Below, piece after piece: positions 62,301-64,000 of a stretch of 64,000 nt of DNA. The stretch spans positions 13,698,054 to 13,762,053 of the forward strand of contig CM082582.2 of the NCBI GenBank assembly GCA_040954595.2, in the 5' to 3' direction. The notes beneath the pieces were generated by a model. It saw nothing but the letters and a program-made list of their open reading frames with translations. It did no database searches and had not been told where the DNA came from. Within the stretch, counting starts at the first letter, position 1. Every line of letters begins with the position of its first letter. A program made the position numbers and the translations under genes. This DNA is from Balanoglossus misakiensis. Taxonomy: Eukaryota; Animalia; Hemichordata.

Positions 62301-64000
62301 ATGACCAAATTTTGAAAATTCGCAAAGTCGAAAAATCGTCGATTTTTGAACATTTTCCTGAGCTATAACCCATGGTTTTTTCAAAAAATGACCAAATTTT
62401 GAAAATTCGCAAAGTCGAAAAATCGTCGATTTTTGAACATTTTCCTGAGCTATAACCCATGGTTTTTTCAAAAAATGACCAAATTTTGAAAATTCGCAAA
62501 GTCGAAAAATCGTCGATTTTTGAACATTTTCCTGAGCTATAACCCATGGTTTTTTCAAAAAATGACCAAATTTTGAAAATTCGCAAAGTCGAAAAATCGT
62601 CGATTTTTGAACATTTTCCTGAGCTATAACCCATGGTTTTTTCAAAAAATGACCAAATTTTGAAAATTCGCAAAGTCGAAAAATCGTCGATTTTTGAACA
62701 TTTTCCTGAGCTATAACCCATGGTTTTTTCAAAAAATGACCAAATTTTGAAAATTCGCAAAGTCGAAAAAATCGTCGATTTTTGAACATTTTCCTGAGCT
62801 ATAACCCATGGTTTTTTCAAAAAATGACCAAATTTTGAAAATTCGCAAAGTCGAAAAATCGTCGATTTTTGAACATTTTCCTGAGCTATAACCCATGGTT
62901 TTTTCAAAAAATGACCAAATTTTGAAAATTCGCAAAGTCGAAAAATCGTCGATTTTTGAACATTTTCCTGAGCTATAACCCATGGTTTTTTTCAAAAAAT
63001 GACCAAATTTTGAAAATTCGCAAAGTCGAAAAATCGTCGATTTTTGAACATTTTCCTGAGCTATAACCCATGGTTTTTTCAAAAAATGACCAAATTTTGA
63101 AAATTCGCAAAGTCGAAAAATCGTCGATTTTTGAACATTTTCCTGAGCTATAACCCATGGTTTTTTTCAAAAAATGACCAAATTTTGAAAATTCGCAAAG
63201 TCGAAAAATCGTCGATTTTTGAACATTTTCCTGAGCTATAACCCATGGTTTTTTCAAAAAATGACCAAATTTTGAAAATTCGCAAAGTCGAAAAATCGTC
63301 GATTTTTGAACATTTTCCTGAGCTATAACCCATGGTTTTTTTCAAAAAATGACCAAATTTTGAAAATTCGCAAAGTCGAAAAATCGTCGATTTTTGAACA
63401 TTTTCCTGAGCTATAACCCATGGTTTTTTCAAAAAATGACCAAATTTTGAAAATTCGCAAAGTCGAAAAATCGTCGATTTCTTGAACATTTTCCTGAGCT
63501 ATAACCCATGGTTTTTTTTCAAAAAATGACCAAATTTTGAAAATTCGCAAAGTCGAAAAATCGTCGATTTTTGAACATTTTCCTGAGCTATAAACCATGG
63601 TTTTTTCAAAAAATGACCAAATTTTGAAAAATTCGCAAAGTCGAAAAATCGTCAGATTTTTGAACATTTTCCTGAGCTATAACCCATGGTTTTTTCAAAA
63701 AATGACCAAATTTTGAAATTCGCAAAGTCGAAAAATCGTCGATTTTGAACATTTTCCCTGAGCTATAACCCATGGTTTTTCAAAAAATGACCAAATTTTG
63801 AAAATTCGCAAAGTCGAAAATCGTAGATTTTTGAACATTTTCCTGAGCTATAACCCATGGTTTTTTTCAAAAATGACCAAATTTTGAAAATTCGCAAAGT
63901 CGAAAAATCGTCTTTTTGACACCTGCATTTTACCTGAGCTATTACCCATGGTTTTTTTCAAAAAATGACCCATTTTGAAATATTCGCAATGTCGAAAAAT
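56330..64000. repeat. 87-bp tandem satellite array running off the window end
   Basis: Monomer gagctataacccatggttttttcaaaaaatgaccaaattttgaaaattcgcaaagtcgaaaaatcgtcgatttttgaacattttcct (87 bp, matching the 29-aa periodicity of the ORF track), spanning about 7.7 kb. Confidence 0.98.

Noticed and set aside
58267-63667. Long minus-strand ORFs (up to 432 aa) with 29-aa repeats
   Set aside because: They are translations of the 87-bp satellite (87 is divisible by 3, with stop-free frames). Frames swap at homopolymer indels, so they are not genes.
56330-64000. CRISPR-like array or CENP-B box in the repeat
   Set aside because: There are no unique spacers and the context is eukaryotic. TTCGCAAAGTCGAAA lacks the A and CGGG positions of the CENP-B box.
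63480-64000. Increasing divergence of monomers at the window end
   Set aside because: Mostly homopolymer indels and scattered errors, more consistent with low-coverage contig-end consensus than with a real array boundary.

Overview
AT-rich eukaryotic (metazoan) genomic DNA with spliceosomal introns, most plausibly from an invertebrate deuterostome (inference). Two spliced genes lie head-to-head across about 1.5 kb. (1) On the minus strand is a 3-exon, 133-aa orthologue of the motile-cilia gene CIMIP1/C20orf85 (exons 5050-4986, 4874-4793, 1924-1670). (2) On the plus strand is a 5-exon, 484-aa single-pass membrane protein (exons 6601-6688, 43273-43638, 46770-46982, 49779-49963, 50406-51008). 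Its cytoplasmic tail carries the PMEPA1/LDLRAD4 Smad-interaction motif (RAPPNR) and PY motifs. Its ectodomain has a signal peptide, a CUB-like domain and an LDLa module, an architecture the vertebrate proteins lack. Its 36.6-kb first intron contains clusters of Smad-binding elements, FoxH1-type sites, a candidate internal promoter and small TTAA-flanked MITEs. From about 56.3 kb to the window end runs an 87-bp, A-tract and dyad-rich satellite array with two sequence subtypes; all ORFs there are artefacts. Gene models were assembled by hand from splice signals and reading-frame phase. Family assignments rest on recalled motifs, not on a database search.
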